Below, in pieces: positions 1-7,368 of a stretch of 32,000 bases of DNA (position 1 is its first letter; each line of letters starts with the position of its first letter). The notes below the pieces were generated by a model. The model ran no database searches and was not told where the DNA came from. It worked only from the letters and a program-made list of their open reading frames with translations. Location: assembly GCA_964401865.1 (NCBI GenBank), contig CAYNZZ010000006.1, forward strand, positions 3,398 through 35,397. Direction: 5' to 3'. This stretch comes from an uncultured Erysipelotrichaceae bacterium (GTDB taxonomy: Bacteria; Bacillota_I; Bacilli_A; Erysipelotrichales; Erysipelotrichaceae). A program made the translations under genes and the position numbers.

Positions 1-394
1 CTACGCCATTTGCAGCATCCATAATTTCATTAGCAAGTCTTTGTTCCATTGTTTTTTCTTTACGTAAACGAGAATAGTTAACAATCCAACGAAGCCCTAA
101 TGTAAGTCTTCTTTCGTCAGAAACCTCAACTGGTACTTGATAGTTAGCGCCACCAACACGACGAACTTTTAGCTCTAGTTCTGGCATTACATTATCAAGA
201 GCTTTTTCGAAAACTTCCATTGGTTGTTGACCAGTTTTCTTTTCAACGATATCAAATGCGTTATATAAAATATTTTGAGCTACGCCTTTTTTACCATCAA
301 TCATGATTTTGTTGACTAAACGCGTAACAAGTTTTGAGTTGTAAATTGGATCGATCAATACATCTCTTTTTGCAATATGTCCTTTTCTTGGCAT
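1..394 (-). CDS. rpsG: 30S ribosomal protein S7 (uS7), C-terminus cut by the window edge
   Basis: My translation of the minus strand from the ATG at 392-394 gives [66 protein letters not shown]... GGAG RBS at 401-404. Lies directly downstream of rpsL, as in the str operon. Confidence 0.95.
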   Translation of the reverse strand, partial: MPRKGHIAKRDVLIDPIYNSKLVTRLVNKIMIDGKKGVAQNILYNAFDIVEKKTGQQPMEVFEKALDNVMPELELKVRRVGGANYQVPVEVSDERRLTLGLRWIVNYSRLRKEKTMEQRLANEIMDAANGV

Positions 395-412
395 TTTAAT
401 CTCCTTTCATGA

Positions 413-823
413 TTACTTAGGTCTCTTAGTACCGTATAATGAGCGACTTTGTTTACGGTTGTTTACACCGGCACAGTCAAGTGTTCCACGAATAATATGG
501 TAACGAACACCTGGTAAGTCCTTAACACGTCCTCCACGAATTAACACAACGCTATGTTCTTGTAGGTTATGTCCAATTCCCGGAATATAAGCTGTAACTT
601 CCATACCGTTTGATAAACGAACACGAGCATACTTTCTCAAAGCAGAGTTAGGTTTCTTAGGTGTCATAGTACCTACACGAGTACAAACTCCTCTTTTTTG
701 AGGTGATGCTAGATTAATAGGGCGAGACTTCAAAGAGTTAAAACCTCTATTTAATGCAGGCGATTTTGATTTGTAGGCCTTTTCTTCACGGCCCTTACGA
801 ACCAATTGATTAATAGTTGGCAT
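413..823 (-). CDS. rpsL: 30S ribosomal protein S12 (uS12)
   Basis: 136-aa [15 protein letters not shown]...[18 protein letters not shown]...[10 protein letters not shown], a typical uS12 sequence. AAGGAG RBS at 830-835. Confidence 0.97.
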   Translation of the reverse strand: MPTINQLVRKGREEKAYKSKSPALNRGFNSLKSRPINLASPQKRGVCTRVGTMTPKKPNSALRKYARVRLSNGMEVTAYIPGIGHNLQEHSVVLIRGGRVKDLPGVRYHIIRGTLDCAGVNNRKQSRSLYGTKRPK

Positions 824-931
824 CGAGTTCTCCTTTCGTATTTTTTTTACAATTTATGCACACATAACCAAGTGTGCCGAGCTATCGTATAATATATAGG
901 CCATAATCAGGCCTTTATACTTAGCTACATC

Positions 932-961
932 ATTTTACGATAAGATGTCTATGCTAGTCAA
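932..961 (-). promoter_or_regulatory. Putative sigma-A promoter of rpsL-rpsG
   Basis: On the minus strand: TTGACT (956-961), 18-nt spacer, TAAAAT (932-937). This predicts a ~100-nt leader containing two hairpins (AGGCC/GGCCT near 899-915; GCACAC/GTGTGC at 858-877). Confidence 0.5.
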
Positions 962-1007
962 TAAAAACAAGTAAAAGTTCTTAATTTTTTAAAATTAAAC
1001 TTCTGTC

Positions 1008-1016
1008 TGTTATAAT
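1008..1016 (+). promoter_or_regulatory. Extended -10 promoter (TGTTATAAT) 6 nt upstream of the HAD start codon
   Basis: TGtTATAAT at 1008-1016, then aaaacc, then ATG at 1023. No Shine-Dalgarno sequence in between. Confidence 0.4.
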
Positions 1017-1022
1017 AAAACC

Positions 1023-1703
1023 ATGATTAAAGCCATTATATTCGATTTTGATTACACTTTATCTAACCGCACTATCTCTTTTGCTAAAGCGATTAAAGAT
1101 ATTGTAAATAAATATCTAGGCACTCTTGAAGAAATAGAAAAAGATGCCATCGTTCAAAAACTTCTTTATTTAGATGAATTTGGCACCAGATCTAGAAAAT
1201 ATAGCGTCGAGTATTTAACATCGACATATAATTTAGAATACGATACTATCAAAGAAGAATTTGATGCCCTTAGTATGAAAATGGCGCCATCAACTGTGCT
1301 AGATGATGACACCATCGAAATTCTAGAATATTTAAAAAACGAAACCGACTACAAGTTAGCCATTCTCACTAATGGCATATATGAAAGTCAAAAATTAAAG
1401 ATTGATTCTACAAATATCGCTAAATATTTTGATGAAATAGTGATGTCGGCAGAAACCGGATATCAAAAACCTGATCCCAGAGCCTTTATATATACTGCAA
1501 ATAAATTAAATCTAAAAACCTATGAATGTCTATATATTGGTGATGTCTTTTTCAATGACATCCTAGGTGCTTATAAAGCCAATATGCATTATGTCCTTAT
1601 CAACAACTTTAAGAAGTGGTCATATCCAAACTATCTGTCAGTAATCGAAAGATTATTAGATTTAAAAGAATACTTAGCTAAGATTCAATCAATTGACGAA
1701 TAG
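1023..1703 (+). CDS. HAD-superfamily hydrolase (subfamily IA-like phosphatase)
   Basis: 226-aa ORF with HAD motif I FDFDYTL (DxDxT), motif II LTNG, a conserved K (QKPD) and motif IV GDVFFND. Confidence 0.8.
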   Translation: MIKAIIFDFDYTLSNRTISFAKAIKDIVNKYLGTLEEIEKDAIVQKLLYLDEFGTRSRKYSVEYLTSTYNLEYDTIKEEFDALSMKMAPSTVLDDDTIEILEYLKNETDYKLAILTNGIYESQKLKIDSTNIAKYFDEIVMSAETGYQKPDPRAFIYTANKLNLKTYECLYIGDVFFNDILGAYKANMHYVLINNFKKWSYPNYLSVIERLLDLKEYLAKIQSIDE

Positions 1704-2343
1704 TCGAGAAACATAATTCTTTCAATTTGTCATCATCCATTAAATGATGTGAACCATCCCCATAAATGATTAGTCGTTTATCATCATGACTAATTTTTTT
1801 ATAGTATTTCATTGATGTCGAATAAGAAATAACTTCATCATTAACACAATGAAAGATAGTAATTGGGCAACTGACTTTAGAAATCGCATCTCTACAATTA
1901 TTGACAACATCCATAAATACCGAAGTAAAGCTAGATGGGAGTTCGACATATTGCTTATTTGTTGAGACAGGCTTTTTAAAGATAGATGATACGGTAGTGA
2001 TAGTCATATATTCAAAAGCCGGAGCAATCAAAAACAACTTCTTAATCTTGAATTTGCTAGCTAAATATGTAGCTATTACTCCGCCCATACTGTAACCAAC
2101 TAGAATTATCTCCCTATTTTGATTCTTCACTTTTATGATTGCCTCTTCAGCTCTTGATACCCAATTATACCAGTGAATATCATCACTTTTCTCCTGATAA
2201 AAAAGCGTTGGCGTAATAACTTCATAATCATTAAAATACTCGATAAAGTTTAAATATTCATCAGTTCTTCGCCTGCCGAAACCATGTATCGCAATAATAA
2301 CAGGTTTTTTATTTGAAACTCTCTTTTTAAAAATATTAAACAT
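1678..2343 (-). CDS. Alpha/beta-fold hydrolase (carboxylesterase/lipase-like)
   Basis: HGFG oxyanion motif, GYSMGG nucleophile elbow (GxSxG), C-terminal DGSHH. I prefer the ATG at 2341-2343 (MFNIFKKR...), which lies 4 nt after the upstream stop. The ORF-track start at 2391 would overlap the upstream gene by 44 nt. Confidence 0.75.
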   Translation of the reverse strand: MFNIFKKRVSNKKPVIIAIHGFGRRRTDEYLNFIEYFNDYEVITPTLFYQEKSDDIHWYNWVSRAEEAIIKVKNQNREIILVGYSMGGVIATYLASKFKIKKLFLIAPAFEYMTITTVSSIFKKPVSTNKQYVELPSSFTSVFMDVVNNCRDAISKVSCPITIFHCVNDEVISYSTSMKYYKKISHDDKRLIIYGDGSHHLMDDDKLKELCFSTIRQLIES

Positions 2344-2347
2344 AACA

Positions 2348-3517
2348 CTACCTGCCTTCATACATTTCTTTAGCGTATGTAAATACATCAACTAACTGCT
2401 CTTTTGTAAGTGCCCCATTAACATAACCGATATAAGAACCATCAGGTCCAATTACAATTAATGTCGGATAAGAATTTATACCTAACATTTGGAATAATTC
2501 AGAATACTCATCAATAAGGATGTCGTTATTCATATCGTGCTCATCATAAAAAGCTTTAATATCTTCCGATGTAGAAGAATTGACAAATGGTGACATAACA
2601 TAATAAGCTACCAAATCATTCTCTTTTACAAACTCATCAAAAACGGGTATTTCCTCTTTACAGTAACCACACCATGTCGTAATGAAATTCATAATTACAT
2701 AATCGCCTTGATGGTCTTTTATATCGTGTCTTATTCCATTTTGATCATATAAGCTTATATCATCTAAGTAAGTAAGACCATCCGATTCTTCACTTTGGTC
2801 TTGACTATGACTATGCATCGTTATAACAATATCACCAGAATTATCATAAATCATATACGCACCAAAACATAACATAATAACACCGGCTATTTTTAAAACA
2901 TATTTAAAAATCTTTTGATTATTCTTAATGAATTCCAAACCCTTCTTAGTAAAAATACCAAGAATCATGAAAGGAACGATTAAGCCCAGCGCATATAAAA
3001 AGATGTATAGATTGCCAAGCAAACTCTCTTCACTCATCGCCAATAATATGACATTAGTAAGCATCGGACCTACGCATGGCGTCCACGCAAAAGAAAACAC
3101 AAAGCCTAAACAAAAAGCCTTGAAGTAGGACATCTTTTTAAGATCTAATTTCAAAGGTAAACGGAATTCTTTAAAAGATATTTCAAATATACCAATTTGG
3201 CCTAAACCAAAAATAAATACAATTGTGCCACCAATAATACCAATAATATTCTGATAATCTTTAATATAATCCTTTAACCAATTAACTGACAAAGCAAGAA
3301 TAAAAAAGGTACAAGAAACACCCAAGATAAACATGATAGTTGTCACAATTATCTTCGATGTATAATATCTGACATTACCATCTTTATCAACCGTTTTGGC
3401 ATCGCTTGTAAGATAAGTCATATATAGAGGAATCAAAGGCAAAACACATGGCGAAAAGAAGGACAACAATCCTTCAAGAAATACACCAAATGCTGAAATC
3501 TCATTTACGCCTGCCAT
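2348..3517 (-). CDS. CcdA-type thiol:disulfide electron transporter fused to a C-terminal TlpA/ResA-like thioredoxin domain
   Basis: Six predicted TM helices with the two CcdA/DsbD-core cysteines (FFSPCVLPL and FAWTPCVGPML). These are followed by a soluble domain with WCGYC (CXXC) and a thioredoxin-fold-like sequence. ATG at 3515-3517 preferred; the track start at 3532 is a TTG. Confidence 0.8.
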   Translation of the reverse strand: MAGVNEISAFGVFLEGLLSFFSPCVLPLIPLYMTYLTSDAKTVDKDGNVRYYTSKIIVTTIMFILGVSCTFFILALSVNWLKDYIKDYQNIIGIIGGTIVFIFGLGQIGIFEISFKEFRLPLKLDLKKMSYFKAFCLGFVFSFAWTPCVGPMLTNVILLAMSEESLLGNLYIFLYALGLIVPFMILGIFTKKGLEFIKNNQKIFKYVLKIAGVIMLCFGAYMIYDNSGDIVITMHSHSQDQSEESDGLTYLDDISLYDQNGIRHDIKDHQGDYVIMNFITTWCGYCKEEIPVFDEFVKENDLVAYYVMSPFVNSSTSEDIKAFYDEHDMNNDILIDEYSELFQMLGINSYPTLIVIGPDGSYIGYVNGALTKEQLVDVFTYAKEMYEGR

Positions 3518-3518
3518 A

Positions 3519-4358
3519 TTAAGATAGTCCAAAGTAAATCAATACCGCAATACCTAAGATTATTCGATAGTAGCCAAATGCTTTAAAGTCATGCTTTTTA
3601 ATGTAAGTCATCAGCACTTTAATGACAAAAATCGACACTGCAAAAGCCGAAAGCATCCCTAAAACCAAAATCAGTAGTTCAAGATTGGTAAAGTGAAAAC
3701 CAAACTTAACCAACTTTAATAAGCTAGCCCCAAACATAACTGGAATAGCTTCAAAAAATGTAAATTCAGCAGCAACTGTTCTCGATACACCTAACAATAA
3801 TGCACCGACAATCGTAGCTCCTGAGCGAGAAGTGCCCGGAAAAATAGCGGCAATAAGTTGGAAAATGCCGATAATAAATGCAGTATTATAACCAATCTCG
3901 GCTAAAGAATTTATCTTTGGTTCTTTATTCTTATTTCTATTTTCTATAACAATGAAAGCAACACCAAACACAATTAGTGCAATAGCTACCGTATAGTAGT
4001 TATAGAACAATTCCTCAAATAATTCATCAAAGGCAATGCCTACTATTGCAGCAGGAATACAAGAAACAATAACTTTTAGCCACATATCAAAGATATCTTT
4101 TTTGACATAGCTTAAAACACCTTTACCAAGTGGTTTTTCACTTATGCCAAACGGCCAAATACTCTTCCAAAAAATAATAACTACCGCTAGTATTGCTCCG
4201 AGTTGAATTACCACCTCATACATGGAATAAAATTGTTCGCTAACATTAAAATCAATCAATTCATTAAGCAAAATCATGTGTCCGGTTGATGAAATAGGCA
4301 ACCATTCAGTTATACCTTCTACAACACCGAACAATATTGAAATAAGTACATCTAACAT
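3519..4358 (-). CDS. uppP: Undecaprenyl-diphosphate phosphatase (BacA/UppP)
   Basis: 279-aa polytopic membrane protein with EGITEWLPISSTGH and PGTSRSGATI, the two signature BacA motifs. Confidence 0.9.
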   Translation of the reverse strand: MLDVLISILFGVVEGITEWLPISSTGHMILLNELIDFNVSEQFYSMYEVVIQLGAILAVVIIFWKSIWPFGISEKPLGKGVLSYVKKDIFDMWLKVIVSCIPAAIVGIAFDELFEELFYNYYTVAIALIVFGVAFIVIENRNKNKEPKINSLAEIGYNTAFIIGIFQLIAAIFPGTSRSGATIVGALLLGVSRTVAAEFTFFEAIPVMFGASLLKLVKFGFHFTNLELLILVLGMLSAFAVSIFVIKVLMTYIKKHDFKAFGYYRIILGIAVLIYFGLS

Positions 4359-4370
4359 AAAATCTATCCC

Positions 4371-5294
4371 CTAATTAAAAGTTACTAATTCAGTTTCAGG
4401 TTCATTGGCTTCTTCAATACCGTCAACATACAAAAGACAAGTCTTATATCCTTCTTCATCATCAATGCAATGAATTATACCATTAAGACGATAGTATTTA
4501 CCTTTTTCTATCTTCTTTTTATCCACACCGACACAAGTTAAGCCAATATCAGCGATGTCATCCGCACAACAAACCATCGCCTTTCTACCCATGATTAATG
4601 CCATATCATATTGAGGCAAGTCTTCTAAAAAAGTCATCTTTAAAGAAATGTGTTTATTGTCATATCTCAATGCATTATCCAAAGCATCCATATACCATAG
4701 ACCATAATCTAAATCTTCAACAAAAATATTATCTCCTTCAAATAGTTCGCTTCCAACATCTTTGCTGACATCACCATTTCTGTTTTCAAATATAATCTCA
4801 AGTCTTGGATTAATCGCTTTTAAATTGTTACGCACAAACTTTCTATCAACATCGTCGCTGCGATTAAAGATAGCTACTTCCGAAAATGCAACATGGTCAT
4901 AGACAAATTGACGTAAGTTATTGACTTGAACATTAAACATCGAGGCATCAAAAACAGTTAAAGTTTGAGCTAATTCCCAATTTTCAATAAAACCGGTATT
5001 ATACAATTCTTTATCACTAGCCAAGCCATTTAGTTCGATAAAAACACGTTCAAAATCATATGTGCTATCTAGTTCACGCATCTTTTCCAAAGAAAAATCT
5101 TTAAAATCTAAAAAGATAACTTCTGAATTAGTGAATTTTAAAAACTTATCATCATATTCCACATCGCCTTGTTCAAACGCAATTATTAAAGTTTTTTCTC
5201 CTTCGTTGAAGCGTGGGTCGTAAAGAGTATCTTTAATAACCGAAGTTTTACCACTATCTAAAAAACCGCTAAAGACATAAACTGGTTTATTCAT
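4371..5294 (-). CDS. Divergent G3E/COG0523-like P-loop protein lacking CXCC, with a C-terminal CC-A-D-D domain (DUF1980-like by recollection)
   Basis: Walker A GFLDSGKTS, then AFEQGD, IELNG and FNRSD where COG0523 proteins have ENEFGE, IExxG and NKxD. EVIFLD replaces GCICCS. The C-terminal ~80 aa contain GRKAMVCCADDIADIGL (CC at 4566-4571). Start overlaps the upstream stop as ATGA. Confidence 0.65.
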   Translation of the reverse strand: MNKPVYVFSGFLDSGKTSVIKDTLYDPRFNEGEKTLIIAFEQGDVEYDDKFLKFTNSEVIFLDFKDFSLEKMRELDSTYDFERVFIELNGLASDKELYNTGFIENWELAQTLTVFDASMFNVQVNNLRQFVYDHVAFSEVAIFNRSDDVDRKFVRNNLKAINPRLEIIFENRNGDVSKDVGSELFEGDNIFVEDLDYGLWYMDALDNALRYDNKHISLKMTFLEDLPQYDMALIMGRKAMVCCADDIADIGLTCVGVDKKKIEKGKYYRLNGIIHCIDDEEGYKTCLLYVDGIEEANEPETELVTFN

Positions 5295-6229
5295 CTGAAT
5301 AACTCCTTTAATTTCTCATCCAGTTTTGTACCAATTACAACCACCAACGCTTCATCTTTTATTTCGCCTTCGTAAATATGATATTCGTTTAAAATATAGT
5401 TAAAATACCACATCGTGCTTTCGCCTTTGACATAGCCTTTAACTCTAAGAACCGATTCATCTAAATCATTAAAGATAGCCTCAAGCTCTTCTTTTTTAAA
5501 GATTCTATTAGTTTTAATGGCAAAACTATCGAATACTTCATCACCATCATGATGGTGATGTTTATGATTGTGGTCGTGATGATGACATCCACATTCACAT
5601 TCTTCATCATGGTGATGATGATCATCCATTTTTAAACATTCAGGGCAGACACAAACATTCTTGACAATGATATCCAATAGTTCCTCATTAGAATAATCAT
5701 CAAATGGTTTTTCAGTAATCATCGCTTCATCATTTAAATTTTCAAGTATTTTGTGAGCCTCGTTTACTTTTTCTTCGCTCGCCACATCAAGATGAGATAA
5801 GACGATAGCATTGCTGGCGATAACCTGATCATCAAAGAATTCTTTGTAGTTTAAATGATACTTTTTACATGTTTCTGCATTAACTACACAGGCATGCGAT
5901 AAAAGACGATAATGATCGTTATTTAATAGAATAGCCATGATATCGCTCAGTTTTCCTACTCCTGAAGGTTCAATAATTAATGTATCGATATTATAACTTT
6001 CGATCTCTTTTAAAGCTTCATCGAAATCACCCTTCATACTGCAACAAATACATCCATTATTAACTTCTTTAATTGACAATGATTTATCAAAAAAAGAAGA
6101 ATCAACGCCAACTTCACCAAATTCATTTTCCAAAAGCATTACCTTGCCTAAATTCATTTTAAGTAAGCGTTGGATAAAAGTTGTTTTACCGGCTCCTAAA
6201 AAACCTGAAATAATATAAGTATCAATCAT
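5291..6229 (-). CDS. COG0523-family (CobW/ZigA/ZagA-like) G3E GTPase, putative zinc metallochaperone
   Basis: Walker A GFLGAGKTT, ENEFGE, CXCC motif GCICCS (6041-6052), IEPSG. Cys/His linker CVCPEC...DDHHHHDEECECGCHHHDHNHKHHHHD (5549-5653; 13 His). CobW_C-like C-terminus (RVKGYV...VVVIG). Confidence 0.85.
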   Translation of the reverse strand: MIDTYIISGFLGAGKTTFIQRLLKMNLGKVMLLENEFGEVGVDSSFFDKSLSIKEVNNGCICCSMKGDFDEALKEIESYNIDTLIIEPSGVGKLSDIMAILLNNDHYRLLSHACVVNAETCKKYHLNYKEFFDDQVIASNAIVLSHLDVASEEKVNEAHKILENLNDEAMITEKPFDDYSNEELLDIIVKNVCVCPECLKMDDHHHHDEECECGCHHHDHNHKHHHHDGDEVFDSFAIKTNRIFKKEELEAIFNDLDESVLRVKGYVKGESTMWYFNYILNEYHIYEGEIKDEALVVVIGTKLDEKLKELFR

Positions 6230-6683
6230 TATCTTTCCTCCTATTAACTCTACTGGTTTTCATATATAAATCAAAATAAGCTTTCATAAAGTCAGCTTGA
6301 TTTAAATCACCAAATAATAATACTGCTCTTCTTTTGTAAATAAAGGTTAAAACAATACGCTTGTCTTCTTTTCTAAGCTCCATATCGCTTATTTTATTAA
6401 AAGGATAATTTCTGCCCATCACAATAACACTATTTTTACCAAAACCACTGGGAATAATATGATATACTCCACTTGCCAACAAGAAAGAAGCTAAACTGAT
6501 AGTGCCCAAGATGTCTCTTTGACGAAAATATATGATTAAGCCAAGCACAATAAAGAAGATGAAGATGACGATTTTTGAGCCACTTTTACATTCATATTCA
6601 ATTTTCTTTGCACCGTTTAAGCAATAGATAATATATGCCCAAAGCACAGTGTTTACAATAATAGTAAATATTAAATCAAACAT
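6222..6683 (-). CDS. Hypothetical membrane protein (3 predicted TM helices plus a ~70-aa basic soluble C-terminal domain)
   Basis: 153-aa ORF. 8-nt overlaps with both neighbours indicate co-translation in the operon. No family recognised by eye. Confidence 0.6.
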   Translation of the reverse strand: MFDLIFTIIVNTVLWAYIIYCLNGAKKIEYECKSGSKIVIFIFFIVLGLIIYFRQRDILGTISLASFLLASGVYHIIPSGFGKNSVIVMGRNYPFNKISDMELRKEDKRIVLTFIYKRRAVLLFGDLNQADFMKAYFDLYMKTSRVNRRKDND

Positions 6684-6972
6684 TTTTTGTCATCCTTCTC
6701 ATAATCAAAAATTTTGATAAATAATTAATCAATACCGAAAGAAGTCCCAATACAATCGCAATCAGAAGCAAAAGTGCAAAAAACGATTGAACATATAGAT
6801 ATTCAGATAAGAATACACTAAAAACTACGGCAACACCTATCAGTAATGAATGAATTTTAGTGATTAGTTTACATTCTCTAAAGACAATTGGACTAACTTC
6901 GTAACTTTTACCCTTGTATTCAATCTTATCTTTTTTAGACCATGCAACCTGATAAACTTCTTCAATAAACAT
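6676..6972 (-). CDS. Hypothetical small membrane protein (~40-aa soluble N-terminus plus 2 predicted TM helices)
   Basis: 98-aa ORF that abuts the PPC gene stop and overlaps the downstream gene by 8 nt. No family recognised. Confidence 0.55.
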   Translation of the reverse strand: MFIEEVYQVAWSKKDKIEYKGKSYEVSPIVFRECKLITKIHSLLIGVAVVFSVFLSEYLYVQSFFALLLLIAIVLGLLSVLINYLSKFLIMRRMTKNV

Positions 6973-7368
6973 CTAAACCTCCCTAAATTCTATTTCATCA
7001 TAGCCTGTCGATTCATCATATTTTCTACTTGATTCATATCTATTTAAAGCACCAATGATCAGTTCAACCGTAGTATTTATAATGGTTCCTTCTAACAGAT
7101 GACCCCCTAATACATTAGCGTTTTCATCACTAGCAGCGATATGTAAATGCGCTTTGCCATTAGAGATAGTTCCGTTTAATGATAAAATCTCAAAATCATC
7201 ATCAATCTTCAGACATTCAACAGCTTTAGCTTTTCTAATATGTAAAGAAGATAAACATCCTACCGAAGACAAAATAACAGCAGTATTAATGTTGTTAGAA
7301 AGGCAATATCTTTCAATTGCCTTTTTTAAATCCTGACCCCTTTTTAATCTAATGGCATATTCGATCAT
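6973..7368 (-). CDS. PPC (DUF296) domain protein
   Basis: 131 aa. RLKRGQDL...FEILSLNGTIS...HLHIAASDENANVLGGHLLEG...TVELII matches my memory of the single-domain prokaryotic PPC/DUF296 pattern (HLH...GGHL). Confidence 0.7.
   Translation of the reverse strand: MIEYAIRLKRGQDLKKAIERYCLSNNINTAVILSSVGCLSSLHIRKAKAVECLKIDDDFEILSLNGTISNGKAHLHIAASDENANVLGGHLLEGTIINTTVELIIGALNRYESSRKYDESTGYDEIEFREV

Noticed and set aside
1678-1703. 26-nt convergent 3' overlap of the HAD hydrolase and esterase genes with no terminator, as possible antisense regulation
   Set aside because: Short convergent overlaps are common in compact AT-rich genomes. There is no structure or conservation evidence available here to suggest regulation.
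5291-5294. Possibility of genetic code 4 (TGA = Trp), given the Mollicutes-like low GC
   Set aside because: TGA terminates the COG0523 gene exactly at an ATGA overlap with a full-length product. Trp is encoded by TGG throughout, and no conserved protein needs TGA read-through.
5549-5653. His/Cys-rich tract as an artificial tag or a repeat-expansion artefact
   Set aside because: The codons are mixed CAT/CAC and interspersed with Asp, Glu and Cys. The tract sits exactly in the variable linker where natural COG0523 proteins carry His-rich stretches.
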